A stretch of DNA of 64,000 nucleotides from Octopus vulgaris (lineage: Eukaryota). Both the position numbers and the translations under genes were made by a program. The notes beneath the pieces are model-generated. The model did no database searches, had not been told where the DNA came from, and worked only from the letters and a program-made list of their open reading frames with translations. The stretch is taken from contig OX597827.1 in NCBI GenBank assembly GCA_951406725.2, forward strand, positions 48,484,001 to 48,548,000, given 5' to 3'. Below are positions 12,326 through 27,467 of this stretch, one piece after another. Position 1 is the first letter of the stretch, and every line of letters begins with the position of its first letter.

Positions 12326-14110
12326 TATTTATAAGACATTTGGAAAATTATTAACTTTTAAGTATCATTTGAGACTACACGTAGAATAATTTTTGTCAGA
12401 AATATGCAAAACGCTTGGGTTTCCTTAGCTGTATCTATAAATTGTTGGGTCTTCGTAGCGCCACTGAACTAAACAATGTAGATTTGCAGTGACCTAGTGT
12501 ATAATTCCTGTCTTAAAAACAAAGCAACAAAATATTTCTTAAGTATTGTTATAATCTTGAAGAAACTACATGCTTATCTATACGTTATTAAAGTAACCTT
12601 AATGGTGAGGCAAACTCGTAATGCCAATGAATAAATATAAGTCGAAAGGGTTTCGTTTTAAACACAGATTGAAATCGCGACATGTCTTCAATTTCCATCA
12701 GCTTAATTTTTACACAACCTCAATGTTCAATAACTTACATTCCATTATTCTGCTATCTATTATGTATCTTTCTGTTTGACGCTGAAATCTCTTGCATTGT
12801 AATATTAGTCATATCAGTTTTTTTTTTGTTTTTCGTTTAGGTGGTTTAAGAACGTACTAGACATATCCCGAGATATTGGTTTATCAACTAATTGCATATT
12901 GACATATGCGTTGCCATGTATCAGCATTAATAATCTGTCTCTGAATTTGTCTTCCTGCTTTTGAAGGTATAATTCAAGGTCAACTGGGGCAGCGTGTGTT
13001 TTATCCTCTCCGCTGAAAATTCGAAGCTAATGAGCCAATGTATATACCCATAACTCTTCTACTGACGGTCAGACTGGTTATTAATTCGTTTATCCACCAG
13101 TAGTAACATAGTTGTGCGCTCCTTTATTAATTCTACAGACTTGGCATTTTGATCAAACGCAACGAGCTTTAACGATTCGCTTTTATATCTACATTGAATC
13201 TCTTGCTTTAATTTCAAAGTTTTGTTAATATTGTCTATCGTCTTCAGATTATTACTCTTACAGAACATTAAGTCTATTTCATTTCTTTATAAGTTTTCTT
13301 TAGAAAACTTTGTTCTCTGAAGTAAAATGGCCATATCGTGCAACGGAACATCCATAAAAGTCAAATATCGAAGTTCTTTTAAACAACTATTCATATTTAT
13401 TTTAGTAAACAACAGTAGAAGAAAGCATATTATAGTAAGGAGAGATAAGAGTAATAAGACAGTAATGCGGGTTCAATCTCAAGCTGAAATTTCTTAGCTG
13501 ACTTCTCTAGCAAATTAAAAAGCCAAAATTTTTCCACTGTTTCAGTAGAGTCGGAAGAGCAGCGGACCAAACTTTCCTTTCAATATTTACTTAGATACAG
13601 ATTTTGAATCACGCCGAGGCCAACTGTGCATTCAGTTTTTCCTGTCTGATGCGAAAAGAAATAAAACCACGTACGGGTTGTCGATCTGATACTCTCTTTC
13701 CGATATTACCAAAGACTTTTACCCATGTTTCAATGCTAGAAATCAATATTTGGTATTAGGCTCCGGTGCAGCGTAACAGAAGAGCGGAAACCCGAACGAA
13801 AGAAAACTGTCGCCCGATTTCTATTATTAGCTAAATATCCAGTTCCGTCTTTAGTAAATAAATAGGCAACAGCTGATAATGGTGTTCTTTACACTTATAG
13901 CGATCTGTATTGGCTATTCAAAGGGCTGATATTATTGTAAAGATAGCCACTCTGATACTGCCTGAGAACTCTTAACCCTACATATCTATGATCAAAATAA
14001 TTTCATATACGACCATAGTATTCGATTTATCTAGGACTATTATCTAATGCGTTCTTGACTTCATGCAAGGCTTGTTACCTATAATTTGTGTTAAAGTTGT
14101 TTACACCATA

Positions 14111-14560
14111 AGCGCAGGCGTGGATGTGTGGTAAGAAGCTTGCCTCCCAACTGCATAGTTCCGGGTTCAGTAACATTCCGTGACACCTTGGGTGAGTATC
14201 TTTTACAATAGCCTCGGGCCAAATAAAGCCTTCTGAGTGGATTTACTAGACGGAAACTGAAAGAATCCTGCCATATGTATATGTGTGTGTGAGCGCGCAT
14301 GTATTCGTGTATGTGTGTGAGTGTGAGAGTGAATGTATGTATGTGTATGTCTTTGTGTCTGTGATTCCCCTCCCCCGCACACCGCTTAACGATCGGTGTC
14401 GGTGTTTACGTCCACTGTAACGTAGCGGCTCAATATAAGAGAGCGACAGAATAAGTACCAGGCTTTAAAAATAATTAGTGCAATTGACTCGTTCGGCTAA
14501 TATTATTCAATGCGATGCTACAGCATGGCCGAAGACTGATGACTGAAGCAAATAAAAGTT
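14111..14560 (+). mobile_element. SINE family B, diverged full-length
   Basis: Head, GTGACACCTTGGGTGAGT core, internal TG tract, CAGCATGGCCG...GACTGAAGCAAATAAAAG tail. Confidence 0.85.
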
Positions 14561-15616
14561 AACAGATTTAAATACGTCACGGCTGAACATCTCATTCTTA
14601 CTTACTTAACCGGTCCATAATATTTTCAAAGACATTCCAGTCACAATCTTCCTGTCAGTCAAATAACAACAGTAAACCTGATATTAACTTATATAATGTG
14701 CGATATATGAAGCTGGACTGGTATAATTTGAGAACATGTTGGTTATATATTTAGCAAATTGAAGGATCGCTAAGAAAACTCCGTTAGTGACCTCTGAAAG
14801 ATTCGGGTCTCATGAGCAGCTAAAATCTTTGAAACATCATTATTATCAAATCAAATAAAAGTAATTACAATAGCTTTAGGCACGAAAATCTATCAAATAT
14901 TTTCGAGCATGAAAGTTTTCGGAATTTTTCTAAGCTAAAATATAACTGAAAATTTAAATAAGACAACATCTTTGAAAATATATAATTCATATATAATCTT
15001 TAAAGATGGTATCTTTTTCATAAAGCAAGCATGAATGTAACATCCACATTCCCTGTACAAACGTGGAATGTCACTATCGTAATTAATTTATTAATTCAGT
15101 TAAGAACAGATTATTTAATAATAACAAGAATACATGACATAAATCATGAGATTAACTACTGAAATCTTTGTAATTATTCATATCAAAAATAAACCTCTGG
15201 AAAATATATAAATCAAAATAAGAATCCGTGATAAGGACTACATTAGCAACAGCAAATTAAGAAAACATACATTCTAAGTGGCAGTAGCATTGGCTGCGAT
15301 TCTAAATATGCATCATACATAAACAAAAGGGAAAGGAAATTCATTACAGACTGATACAAGGGATGCTCTCACTGATGTATATTTAAAATAGCTCATTCAG
15401 GAGCATGTGTTGAATATCTTATTACGAAGTGCGAGAGTTTATTAACATCAGTTAAACCAAAGGTTTAGTGAATGAAAAGAAAAATTCGACGAACAATCGA
15501 GAAAATGTAAGTCGTTCGCACGCTTCGATGTGAAAGATTACGTGGGTATCTATGTTCGGATACGAACATACATATATGTGTGTGTATGCGAGAGTGTGTG
15601 TATGCGAGAGTGTGTG

Positions 15617-15710
<94 letters not shown>

Positions 15711-15765
15711 AGTGTGTGTGCAATTATAAATGCATGTATTTGTATACTCACACACAGACATATTG

Positions 15766-16850
15766 TATTATTCCATAAATAGTGCAGTTTCTTTATAATT
15801 TTAGATTAAAAAAGTTCTTTTTTAATCTAAAGTATACTCTCCTGAAAACTGTCGAATAAATGATAATCCGATGGAGTAATATCCGCTGAATATGTTGGGT
15901 GGGGCGTCGTTTCCCATTCAAACTGCTCCAGGCTTTGGAACGTCATCCTCACCGTATGTGGCCGAGCGTTATCCTGATGGAAGAACTATTTTCGTCTTGA
16001 AGCCAAAGACGGTCATTTTTCTGAGAGAGCTGACTTAAGCCGCTCAAGCTGCTCGCAGTAGTTCTCCTTTGTTATTGTTTGGTTTGGGTTTAAAAGTTCA
16101 AAGTGGACTAAACCTTTCCTATCCCACAAAACAGATAACACCTTACATGGGTGAAGACCTTCTTTGGCCTGGTGTGCCGGTGTCTCTCATTTCCCTACCC
16201 ACTGCCTTTGGCGCTTGACATTTTTATAGAGAACCCATTTCTCGTAACCAGTTACTATTCAGTCCGAAAAACGTTGCTTTCGTGAGACGTGACAGCAAAG
16301 ATGAGCACACATTAACTCTCTGCGCGCAATTAGACCCGGAAAGCTTGTGAAGAACCCATTGACCCAATTTGCTGATGGCACGCTGGTATCGATGACCAAA
16401 TCCAAGATTCTCTGCTATTTCCTCAACAGTTACGATGTGAGTTTGCTCCACCAGAGTTTGCAGGACATCCTCGTTGAATTCTACAGATTCTCCAGGACGA
16501 GGTTCGTCTTCTAGGCTGTAGTTTCCGGCTCGGAATTTCTTGAACCACCATTGACACTGACTTACGCTTATTGTCCGATCCCCATATAGTGTATTTAATA
16601 TTCCTCTCACTTTCCGTTGTTGTTTCTGTTGTAAGAAAGATATGTCGAATATACTCCTTTGACACTTCCATTAGAGCATTGAAATATTAACTGTACTCTT
16701 CAAAACTTCTACTGAGAATAAGTACAAGATGAAATTATTAACTGCTTAAATAGCAAATTGATGCAGATAGTTTATCCCGTTTCCCTCCGACTTTTCATGC
16801 AATTGGAAAAACCGCGCTACTCTCCGCAAAAAACCCCAAATTTTATTTAA
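15766..16850 (-). mobile_element. Decayed mariner (D,D34D) transposon
   Basis: Frameshifted transposase: MEVSKEYIRHI, WFKKFRAGNYSLEDEPRPG, WVLHKL, HQDNARPH, HPTYSADITPSDYHLF. Confidence 0.9.
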
Positions 16851-17126
16851 TTTGCTTTGCGTGAAGGACTTTTTCAACGAAGTCGCATTTGTACTTAGCT
16901 TCGACACGCGGAGTAGACGAATCAGGGACAACTGAAGAAGGGGAATATTCCTTGTATTGTATGTCTTTTGCTCTGTTTTTTTCGTTGTTTGAAAAAAGTT
17001 CGTTTCTATGTTTTTGCTTTTATGTTTTCGTTTCTCATTGTCTTCCACGCTTGTTTATGTGCTGTACCCATATATGCATGTATATATACATATATATGTT
17101 GGTGTGTACATATATGTATGTATATA

Positions 17127-17208
<82 letters not shown>

Positions 17209-17255
17209 GTATATAAGCATATATGCATATACAGTTAACTTTATATATATATATA

Positions 17256-17287
<32 letters not shown>

Positions 17288-18144
17288 CATGCATGCATAA
17301 TACATACATGCATAATACATACATATGTATTCATATACGTATATATACATATATATATATATACGTATATGTATATATGCATGTATAGGTATACATATAT
17401 GTACGTACGTGTGCATAAATATATGTGTGTGTGTGTGTGTGTGTGTGCGTGTGCGTGTGCATAAATATATAAGCACATAATGACGAACTATCAAAAGAAC
17501 AGTAAGTGATTAATACAATCAATTCATCAATGAGGTAGTTTCCATGATGCACAATTAGTGTGCATCATGTCTTCAGAGAATAAACAAATAAACAACTGTA
17601 ATAAAATAAGAGAAAACAAATTTAAATAGCAATAAATAGTAAGATAAATAGCATAGATGTGTTGTCTACTTCATAAAGGCTACGGATAGATAAATCTGCT
17701 GTGTTTATTTTCATAAAAACAACAGATTTATCGAAAACAATAACGTTAGTCACTGACAGTTAAAATGTCTAACTAATGCATGATAGTGAAATGGAAGAAG
17801 GGTCAAGTAGATGGAGGTCATATAATGGCCAAGTAGAGTATGAATGAAAAATATTGGTACGGAAATAGAGAAATACGATAATAGAAATCTAGACATATTT
17901 ATTTATATTCATATTGGAACAAGTTGCAAGACACATTAGAACAGACAGCTCTTTATGCATGTGTATGTATCATGTGTGTGTGTTTGTGTGTGCGTGTGTG
18001 TGTGTGTGTTCGTGTGTGTGTGTATTCATGTGCGTGTGTGTTCGTGTGTGTGTGTGTGTGTTCGTGTCTGTGTGAGCGAGGGTCTATCTGCGTGTGTGTG
18101 TATGTAAATATGTATGTATTTGTATATATGCTCAGTATTTAGAG

Positions 18145-18490
18145 CAGGGGTTCTCAACCATTTTTTTTCTGTGTCTCCCTTTGATTACTATCTTATTCTG
18201 GTGGAACCCCATAGTCCATTCGATGTTTAAACATTAGTTTTATAGAAACGTTTTTCAAAATTCATGTTTTGTTTTTCACACACTGACTTGTTTGGGTTGA
18301 TCAATGTAAAATATAAGAGAAACCTATCTGTTTTTTGCCCTACATACAAACACAAACACCTAAAGACAAAACTTATATTCATTTACCCTTCAAATACTAC
18401 TGTGGACCCAATATACTATTTTGCTGCGTGGACTCCAAAAAATCTTATATGGACCCCCAGGGCCATATGGACCACGGCCGAGAACTACTG
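18145..18490. mobile_element. hAT (Charlie-like) MITE
   Basis: TIRs CAGGGGTTCTCAACC ... GGCCGAGAACTACTG; 8-bp TSD-like ATTTAGAG / ATCTAGAA. Confidence 0.85.
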
Positions 18491-18494
18491 ATCT

Positions 18495-18787
18495 AGAATA
18501 TTCAGCTCACGACCATAATGTCGGAATTCGTTACCTGGTGGTTGTTGCATCAATGAGCAAGACGCGTCAGTGAGCAAGACGTGTCACCTCTCAGCTGGTG
18601 CAAATTAGCTGCACCTGTAATAGAAAGGGCCAGCCTTGTCACACTTTTGGTCACGCTGAATCACCCAGAGGACTACGTTAAGGGTTTGTGTGTGTGGGGG
18701 GGGGTGCTCACCCACTCACGCACAGATTTCATTAGTTTGCTATTCCTTTGATCGAATCAGCTGGAAAATTTGTCGTCATAAACGATG
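18495..18787 (+). mobile_element. SINE family C-related, diverged
   Basis: AAAGGGCCAGCCTTGTCAC...CACGCTGAAT...ACTACGTTAAGGGT...GTCGTCATAAACGA matches the 3' half of the 40502 copy. Confidence 0.75.
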
Positions 18788-18909
18788 TTAGTTATATGTT
18801 TATATAGACACATTTACATAACTTTATATATAGGTGAGGGAAAGCAAGGTATACACGCAGAACAGTTAGAATTCTGTATACAGTTATAATAATTAAATTT
18901 GGAATTTAC

Positions 18910-19260
18910 CCTTTTACTCTTTCATTGTTTCAGTCATTTGACTGTGGCCATGCTGGAGCACCGCCTTTAGTCGAGCAAATCGATCCCAGGACTTATTATT
19001 TGTATGCCTAGTACTTATTCTATCGGTTTCTTTTGCCGAACCGCTAAGTTACGGGGACGTAAACACGCCAGCATCGGTTGTCAAGCGATGTTGGGGGAGG
19101 GGGACAAACCAAGACACACAAACATATATATACCTATATACGACAGGCGTCTTTCAGTTTACGTCTACTAAATCCACTCACAACGCTTTGGTCAGCCCGA
19201 GGCTTTAGTAGAAGACAGTTGCCCAAGGTGCCACGCAATGGGACTGAACCCGGAACCATG
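18910..19260 (-). mobile_element. SINE family B, 5'-truncated
   Basis: Reverse complement of the 25144 copy up to GGAACCATG. Confidence 0.9.
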
Positions 19261-19859
19261 GAGAATAATTATTTTATTATAGAATGATAAGTTTAAATAA
19301 CATAGAATCATAATTTCTTTTTATGCTAAATAAGAGAACTGAATAGAACATACCAATTTGTGTATTTCCTTTCTGACGATGAGCAATGCTGGAAACATAA
19401 ATATCCTCCTTGATAACAAACACACACACACACAACTCACATTCCGTAATTCCTTTCTATTGCTGAGTGAACTGGGGTAACGTGAAATAAAGTTCCTTGC
19501 TCAAGAACACATACAAATTATCATCGACCTCGCATATCACACTAAACAGCAGTGAAGCTACAAATCGTCGTATCGAATATGACCGAACAATGCCATGCCT
19601 CTCACCTATCCAAATACGCACAACTACATAGAGAGAGAGGGGGAGAGTAAACAAATTTAGAAACCTTGAAAACACAAATGTAAGATGACGAACACTGATG
19701 ACGAAGCTAATATCAGAGAGTCAACACGCGTCTTACGATTACAATGAAGATTTAGACTCATAGTCTAAACAACATAAAAACGCACACATAGACACAGCTA
19801 TTGACTCAAACATACAAAGATAAGCATACACAAACATACAAACGCACGCGCGCACACAC

Positions 19860-19896
<37 letters not shown>

Positions 19897-20190
19897 CGTA
19901 AACATACATGTATATGTGTGGGTTTATACACATACACATAAGCATGTATACTTACACATACCTATATACAAACACAAAATATACACCCAATACATATAAC
20001 CTTATTGAGGTATACTTTCTTCCTCTCTCTCTCTGTCTCTCTCTGTCTCTCTTTCTCTCTCTTTGTGATCGCATTCATTTGAATTTGAAAGGAGCAGGTC
20101 ACTGTACGAACATTATTCATATGGTATATTGTCTGTCCTCTGCTATTTTCTGTGACGTGTGCCGTTATTGATGACTTACATAACGGGTAC

Positions 20191-20245
<55 letters not shown>

Positions 20246-21409
20246 AGTTTTAACGTTGATTGTTGTATTTATTGCAAAACACTGATGAGGCGCCTGCATG
20301 ATTGCATAACACTTCTTCAACAGTTATGTAATTTTTTCGGCATTTTACTGAAATGCCTATGTGCAATATAATGCGTTGAATGCCGTACCTGTTTCTGCGT
20401 ATTATTACTGGTTTAGATATATGTCTCTAGCCGGCCCCGAGGTTGATGTGCCGCGTCGTACTACACTGGATACCGGATCAGAGTGTGGAACTCACTACTA
20501 AGTTCAAGATTTGATTACCCGTTGCACTTTACAGCGTTTCTCTTTCTGATACACACACACACCATTGCACACAGGCGCACAAACATAAATATATAGAGAG
20601 ACGAGAGAAAGAGCGAGAATGAGAAGAAGAGAATAAAAGAGAGATTCCTGTGTGTTTGATTTGACTTTTGGTGAGAACCTGTTCTGCTGCAGCATTTATG
20701 TATGACTGAATAATCTTTACTTCTGCCAATTCCTACTCTGCATTTTATATCTTACACGTACGATGGAATGAAGAAAAAAATCAAATAGTGGAGGTTATAT
20801 AACCAACAACATATATTTGAAGGCGGTGTACCAGCATAATCACATAATCGAAATCAAATCACTGGCACCAGTTAGAAGAATAATAAAGAAGGTAATGTCT
20901 AACACTAAGTAACTGTTGCGCGCGTGAGAATAGTTTTTTCTTCGTTGAATTCAACATATAACAGGGAAAATGATAAATAAATGAAAATAAAACATATTAG
21001 AAGAAACTATTAATCGAGAGCTCTTATTTTGAGATTGTGTAACATCTATAGCTTTTCTAGGTTTCATTAGCTACTCGAGGGAATTCACACAGATCGATTA
21101 TCAGCGCAAAACAAAAATGAAATGGAATAAAATAAAATTAACAAACCTATCTTATACTGAATTAATATTAACCTCACAAAAGAAATATTTTGCGGGTGAA
21201 TACGTATAATCGATCAAATTGACTCTTACATATTATTTGCAAGTTATTTGTATAGATCCACAGAAGCATGAAATGTAAATACCAACCGGTTGGAATTTTA
21301 AACTGCAATCGGAACTAGAAGAAGGAAAACAAATACAGCAATATAATTGACTGTTTGGCGTGTCGAATTCTCATGTCATCTCTAAGGCCCCACAACTATT
21401 GATTTCCAT

Positions 21410-21560
21410 GTAGCGAATTGGTAAATTCGTTAGAACGTCATAAACTCCTTTTTCTGTGCAATTCTGAGTTCCAGTTCGACAGAGGTAAACTTTGTCTTTC
21501 AACCACCCGGAATGAAACGATAAAATAACGATTGGTACTGATGAACCTATGGTCACCTTG
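21410..21560 (+). mobile_element. SINE family A, highly diverged
   Basis: GCGAATTGGTAAATTCGTTAG...TTCTGAGTTC...GAGGTAAACTTTGTCTTTCA...GATAAAATAA. Confidence 0.55.
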
Positions 21561-22161
21561 ATGATATATTTTACCGCTCTTTTGCTTTCTGAATTCAAAA
21601 CCTAACATGCCTAATTATCTGACTATAAGAACACTTACAAAGGACTAATCTGCACAGATAATGCGAGATCATTATCCTGAGTCATGGGTTCACACCTGCA
21701 TAGAATGCAGCGAGGAAGCCATGAGAAATACAACGATTTTAAATATACACAATGCTACTTCTACTCCTATTTTTTTCTCTCCAAACAGTTTTATCACTCT
21801 CGCTCTCATATAAACACAAATATTCTCTCTTTCTCTTTCTTCATCTTTATTTCTCTCTCTTTCAATTTTTCTCTCTTTTTCCCTCTCTCTCCCTGTGTTT
21901 TGCCATATATTTTTGCAATTTTACAATTTTACAACATTGAAATAATCTAGTACAATCATGCGTTATGCAGTCATCAGGTGTACATAGTGACAGTCGTATT
22001 CCATAACGGATAACTATCGCGAAATGGTTAGGTTTATCTTTTAAGTACACTCCGAAGGGCTCCAATATTCTGCATCTTACGAACTGTTTTTTGACCAATC
22101 AGTATGTTGCTTAGATTTCATGCTTTGGTAACTGCCAACTGAGTTTTAACTGTATTTCTTT

Positions 22162-22554
22162 TCTATTCTAGACACAAAGCCCACGATTTTGGGGCGAGGA
22201 GTCACTCGATTAGATCGACCGCAATACACAACTTGTACTCAATTTATCGACTCCAAAAGGATGAACGGCAAAGTCGATCTCGACAGAATTTGAACTCAGA
22301 ACGTAACGGCAGACGAAATACATATTTCTTTACTACCCACAAGGGGCTAAACACAGAGAGGACAAACAAGGACATACAAACGGATCATGTCGATTATATC
22401 GACCTCAGTGCGCAACTGGTACTTATTTAATCGACCCCGAAAGGATGAAAGGCAAAGTCGACCTCGGCGGAATTTGTACTCAGAACGTAGCGGCAGACAA
22501 AATACTGCTATGCATTTCGTCCGGTGTGCTAACGGTTCTGCCAGCTCGCCGCCT
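22162..22554 (-). mobile_element. SINE family A dimer (full copy fused to an internally restarted copy)
   Basis: Full copy 22323-22554 is joined at AGACGAAATAC|ATATTTCTTTAC to headless copy 22162-22321. Confidence 0.9.
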
Positions 22555-23299
22555 TCAGCTATGTATATAGGTTGTTTAAGTAATGATCAATGCATGAGTA
22601 GACTAAGAGGATTCACTATTGAGGACAAACAATGTAAAGCGATATAAAATGCGGATACAGAGAATATAAAACCAAAAGATAACAATTAGTAGAAAAGATG
22701 TGTATGTGTGTGTGCGTGTGTGTTTGTGTGTGTGTGTTTGTGCGTGTGCAAGTATGTGTATGTCTATGTTTGTGCCTGTGTGAGTGTGTGTGCGTATGCG
22801 TGTACGTGTGTGTGTGTTTTATGTCTTGCATGTGATTATTAGAAACATATTTAAATATTGATCATCACATTCATTGATAAGAAACTGTAACAGTAAGTAT
22901 CTGACACAAGCAAAACAGAACCCCGACGAACTCTGAACTCCTCTGCCATTTAACATTGAGGCAACGCTGAGTAGCCTCAATGATTGAATTTCACATCATA
23001 TAATTAATATTTTACAAATGCTTGAAGTGGTTAGTAATCTGTCTCGACTTGCAGGCAAACTATCAGATCACGCTTTGTATCAGTAACAGACGATTTAGGT
23101 CACTGCACGAAATATGGCAAATGATACAAATAACAAACTATATATTTTATCTCAGTTTATTAAAACAATGCGTTCTTTGAAGCTGATGCATAAAACCCAT
23201 GGCACACATGGCCAAAACAAAGAATCAGGTAACGGATGAAAATAATGATTATGCTATAATCTTCAAGTCTCGACAATAATACAGTTAAGGCATAATTTG

Positions 23300-23807
23300 A
23301 TATCAGGTCAAGAATGAAATATCCGATTTTGAACTGAAAGTTTTTTTGGGTTTTTTTTCACTTTACCTCAACAAAAAGCAATGCAGTTAATCAAAGTATG
23401 CGCCTACATTATGAACGCAATTTTGCCATTTTATCGGTAGCTTATTTATGCCGGCAGCGAAGTATTCTGGAGAGCAAGAGGTGAGGAAATTACGAAAGGA
23501 TATTTATGCATGTTCTTCAGATTTTAAGCTTTTTCCTTGCAAAAAGTTATCTAATGCCTGGAAAACGTGAGTGTCAGTTGGTGCAAGATCCGGTGAATGT
23601 GGTGGATGAGAGGGTACTTGCAAGTTCAGTTCCTGTAACTTGAATAGCGTTCTTTGTGCAACATGTGGTGGAACATTGTCTTGCAAGAGAATTGGCGTGT
23701 CTCAGTTGTTTAATTGCAAGTTCACTCATCACTTCAGCCAATTGGTTGATGTATACAGCTGCTGTAATTGGCTTACCGAGTCTCATGAAGCTGTAGTGGA
23801 TGACACC
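23300..23807 (-). mobile_element. Mariner 3' fragment
   Basis: QDNVPPH...HPPHSPDLAPTDTHVFQALDNFL, then GINKLPIKWQNCVHNVGAYFD*. Confidence 0.9.
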
Positions 23808-24006
23808 AGTGTTTGTCCCCCAACATAGCTTGACAACTGATGCTGGTGTGTAACGTCCCCGTAACTTAGTGGTTCGGCAAAAGAGACGGATAGAATAAGT
23901 ACTAGGCTTACAAAGAATAACTCCTGGGATCGATTTGCTCGACTAAAGGCTGTTCTCCAGCATGGTCGCAGTCAAATGACAGGAACAATTCAAAGAGTAA
24001 AAGAGT
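23808..24006 (+). mobile_element. SINE family B 3' half abutting the mariner relic
   Basis: GTGTTTGTCCCC...GCTTGACAACTGATGCTGGTGTG...CAGTCAAATGAC...AGAGTAAAAGAG. Confidence 0.9.
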
Positions 24007-25070
24007 ATTGCATGCATCTGGTTGTTTGCGGTTAGAAGGTTTCGATCCTGCACCGACGAGGTTATTACTGCTATTAGCAATGTTTCTGAATAAATTAATG
24101 CATTAAAAAAATTAATTGGAAATCTGAAAAATTAATCGACTAAAAGTATTGTTATGAGCAATAAAAAGCAATCGATGTAAAGTTAGAACCGTTTATTCAA
24201 CAACTCTGATCAATGTTTTATATAAAATGTTCGGCTTCTCAATGAACAAATACGGAAGTTACAAACATAAACCAATTTCGGTAAAGAAATAACGTTTGCA
24301 CAGAAAGAAAGAAAAATATGAAGAGCGTTAAGAACGAAGATGATGACGACGGCGATGACGATGACAACGACGACGACGAGAAATGAAAACGACTGGGAAT
24401 ATATAGGATCAACATTCATATCAATATTAACAAAAGAAGCGCAAAACATATTAAACATCCTTAGGAAAATACAAGAAAAAGAAAATGGAAGAAAGAGTAA
24501 ATATATATATATATATATATATATATTGAAGGAAAAATACGCAAACTTATGCAAACAGAATAATGATGTTATGGCGTCAGGTTTTGTGTAAAATTGCTGG
24601 ACAGCTTGTGAATCTGTCATCTGTATCTAGAGTCAAGAAGAGCCGGCTGGACATATTATGAGTAGGAAAACTTACATAACAACGGAGTAATTACAACAAT
24701 ATTGACTTTACAACCATTTCATCTTGAAGATATTATTTTATTCAATTATTTTTTTTTCTCTCTCTCTAGTTTCATTGTTGATGTAAAAATCAATGCTCCT
24801 TGGCCTTTTTCGTTGTTTGTAGTTTATATGGCTTGTCTTATCACAATTTAACGGTGAAGATGTTTCATGTGTAAAGGGATGGCACTCTGCAGTGAGCCGT
24901 CCCGGCGACACCTTCGAACAAGTAAACCGACCTGTTATACATATTGTCACTTATCATATGCAAATATCTGTATCCACTGTAAGACAAACAGACCTGACAT
25001 ACAGACATACACACATACTACACTATATGTGTGTGTATATATGTATACATATATATGCATATATATGTTC

Positions 25071-25121
<51 letters not shown>

Positions 25122-25143
25122 CATACAGCATATACTTATATAT

Positions 25144-25554
25144 AGGCGCAGGAGTGGCTGTGTGGTAAGTAGCTTGCTAACCAAGCACATGGTTCCAGGT
25201 TCAGTCCCACTGCGTGGCATCTTGGGTAAGTGTCTTCTGCTATAGCCCCGGGCCGACCAATGCCTTGTGAGTGGATTTGGTAGACGGAAACTGAAAGAAG
25301 CCTGTCGTATATATGTATATATATATATATGTGTGTGTTTGTGTGTCTGTGTTTGTGTGTCTGTGTTTGTCCCCCTAGCATTGCTTGACAACCGATGGTG
25401 GTGTGTTTACGTCCCTGTCACTTAGCGGTTCGGCAAAAGAGACCGATAGAATAAGTACTGGGCTTACAAAGAATAAGTCCCGACTAAAGGCGGTGCTCCA
25501 GCATGGCCGCAGTCAAATGACTGAAACAAGTAAAAGAGTAAAAGAGTAAAAGAG
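25144..25554 (+). mobile_element. Full-length SINE family B (CORE-like)
   Basis: tRNA-like head with A/B boxes, CORE-like GTGGCATCTTGGGTAAGTG, internal TA/TG tract, (GAGTAAAA)n tail. Confidence 0.95.
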
Positions 25555-26735
25555 TATATGCATACACACACACATATATAGATATACAGATGCATACATA
25601 CATACTTACATATATGCACCAACATTCATATGCATCCACGCACATATATAAAGTGTTTGGGATCATAGCATCTGGTTATTCACCAAACAAATGTTATAAT
25701 GTTTGCATGTAATCGTGTCTACATCTTTACATATCCGCTACACAACTCATGATACCATTTGTACTTATATATATCTGTATACAGTTGTCGTTTGCTTTAT
25801 GTCCATAAACACACCTGACTGGTACAGTGCTGCTTAATTTTTTCTGTGATTTGGTGCTGTGCAGCTGGTAATCTTTGCTTTCGTCGTTTTGCACACGTTG
25901 ATCTATTTATCCATTTCACTGATTTATTATTATACACCAATACACGAATCTGCTCTCTTGTATGTTTCTAATCAGTAATTTTAAATTCGTTTACGTCCTC
26001 TTAATTCCTACATGTGCATTCACAATTTGCATTTACTAAAATTTTATATCTGACTTGCACCAGTACTATTTTCCTCTCAAGGTTCTAAAGCATACAAACG
26101 AACTCCTCATCTCATGCGTTCTATTTCCATCCCTCGGAGAATAATTGCATAATTTTAAACGTAAAACTCCGCTCTCAATCCGTTCAAGAGTGTTTTGTCT
26201 AGGACATAAGCCTTACATGCAAATCTTTCTTTACTTAATCAAGGCTAATAATTTCAGCATTGCTACCGAAAATTGGCTATGTTTAGTACAGAGAAATGTT
26301 AGAATGATTTTATTGTATGAGATTAGAACTATTTGGCATATAAATTTTCTCGTTGCAATATTTAATAAGCTTGAGAATATTCTTTGCTTCTGTGACCATT
26401 TCCTAATAACCATTAACAATTTTCCTAATAAAATTCGATTACTATATTCCGTAGATAGTTTTAACTTCTATTTAAAGGACTTAGACCGTTTACTTTCCTA
26501 TATTTTTGCTCAACTTTAACTTCTATTAATATCTATAAAGTAGGTTTGTTGCTATATAGTGATGTACAGAGCAACATTCATAACATTTAGCCAAGTCTTT
26601 TACATTCATTTATTCTCCATCAATCTAAAGCATTTTTTTGTCTTTTCCATTTTTCTTTTATTCCGTACTTTTACACATTTTTAATAAAAGGCAAATATGT
26701 TTTCACCTATTCACCATTTAATGTATATATATATG

Positions 26736-26801
<66 letters not shown>

Positions 26802-26919
26802 CACATGGCTCAGTGGTTAGAGCGCTTACGATCGTGAGGCTCACTTCCCGGGACCATGGTTTCTGACTTATTTTAGTAAATAAAAATAATAATAAAAATT
26901 ACACACACACACACACACG

Positions 26920-26998
<79 letters not shown>

Positions 26999-27467
26999 GT
27001 TTCTACATATATGCATATACATATGAATATTATTTTAAACTATTTCAAATTTTTACAAGTGATGTATAGATATCACATATTATGATGAATTTTATAAGAA
27101 CAAAATCCGTTAAGATATTTGTAGAGAGGTTGTTTGATAATACTCGTTCCAAAACTTCCAAAGGGAAATTTAAGAGACCTGTGGATACTTATAAATCTCT
27201 GCACTCATACCAGTTACTCAATGAAGCGTGTATGAGTCATCTTGTTGCTGATTTAAGAATTTTAGATAACAGCATTTATATTCTGGGTGAGCATTATTAT
27301 ATGGAATATAAGTACCATCTATGGTGTTTTTTGTCAGTGGATTTCTGTAATCATTATTCGGATCTTCCCATGTCAAGTATAGTTCATTTTTAATTTCCAC
27401 GTTCTATTTTCTTTTGCGTTGCACCGGGGTGTGAGTGGAAGCAGAAATTCCTTGGTGGAGATACATT

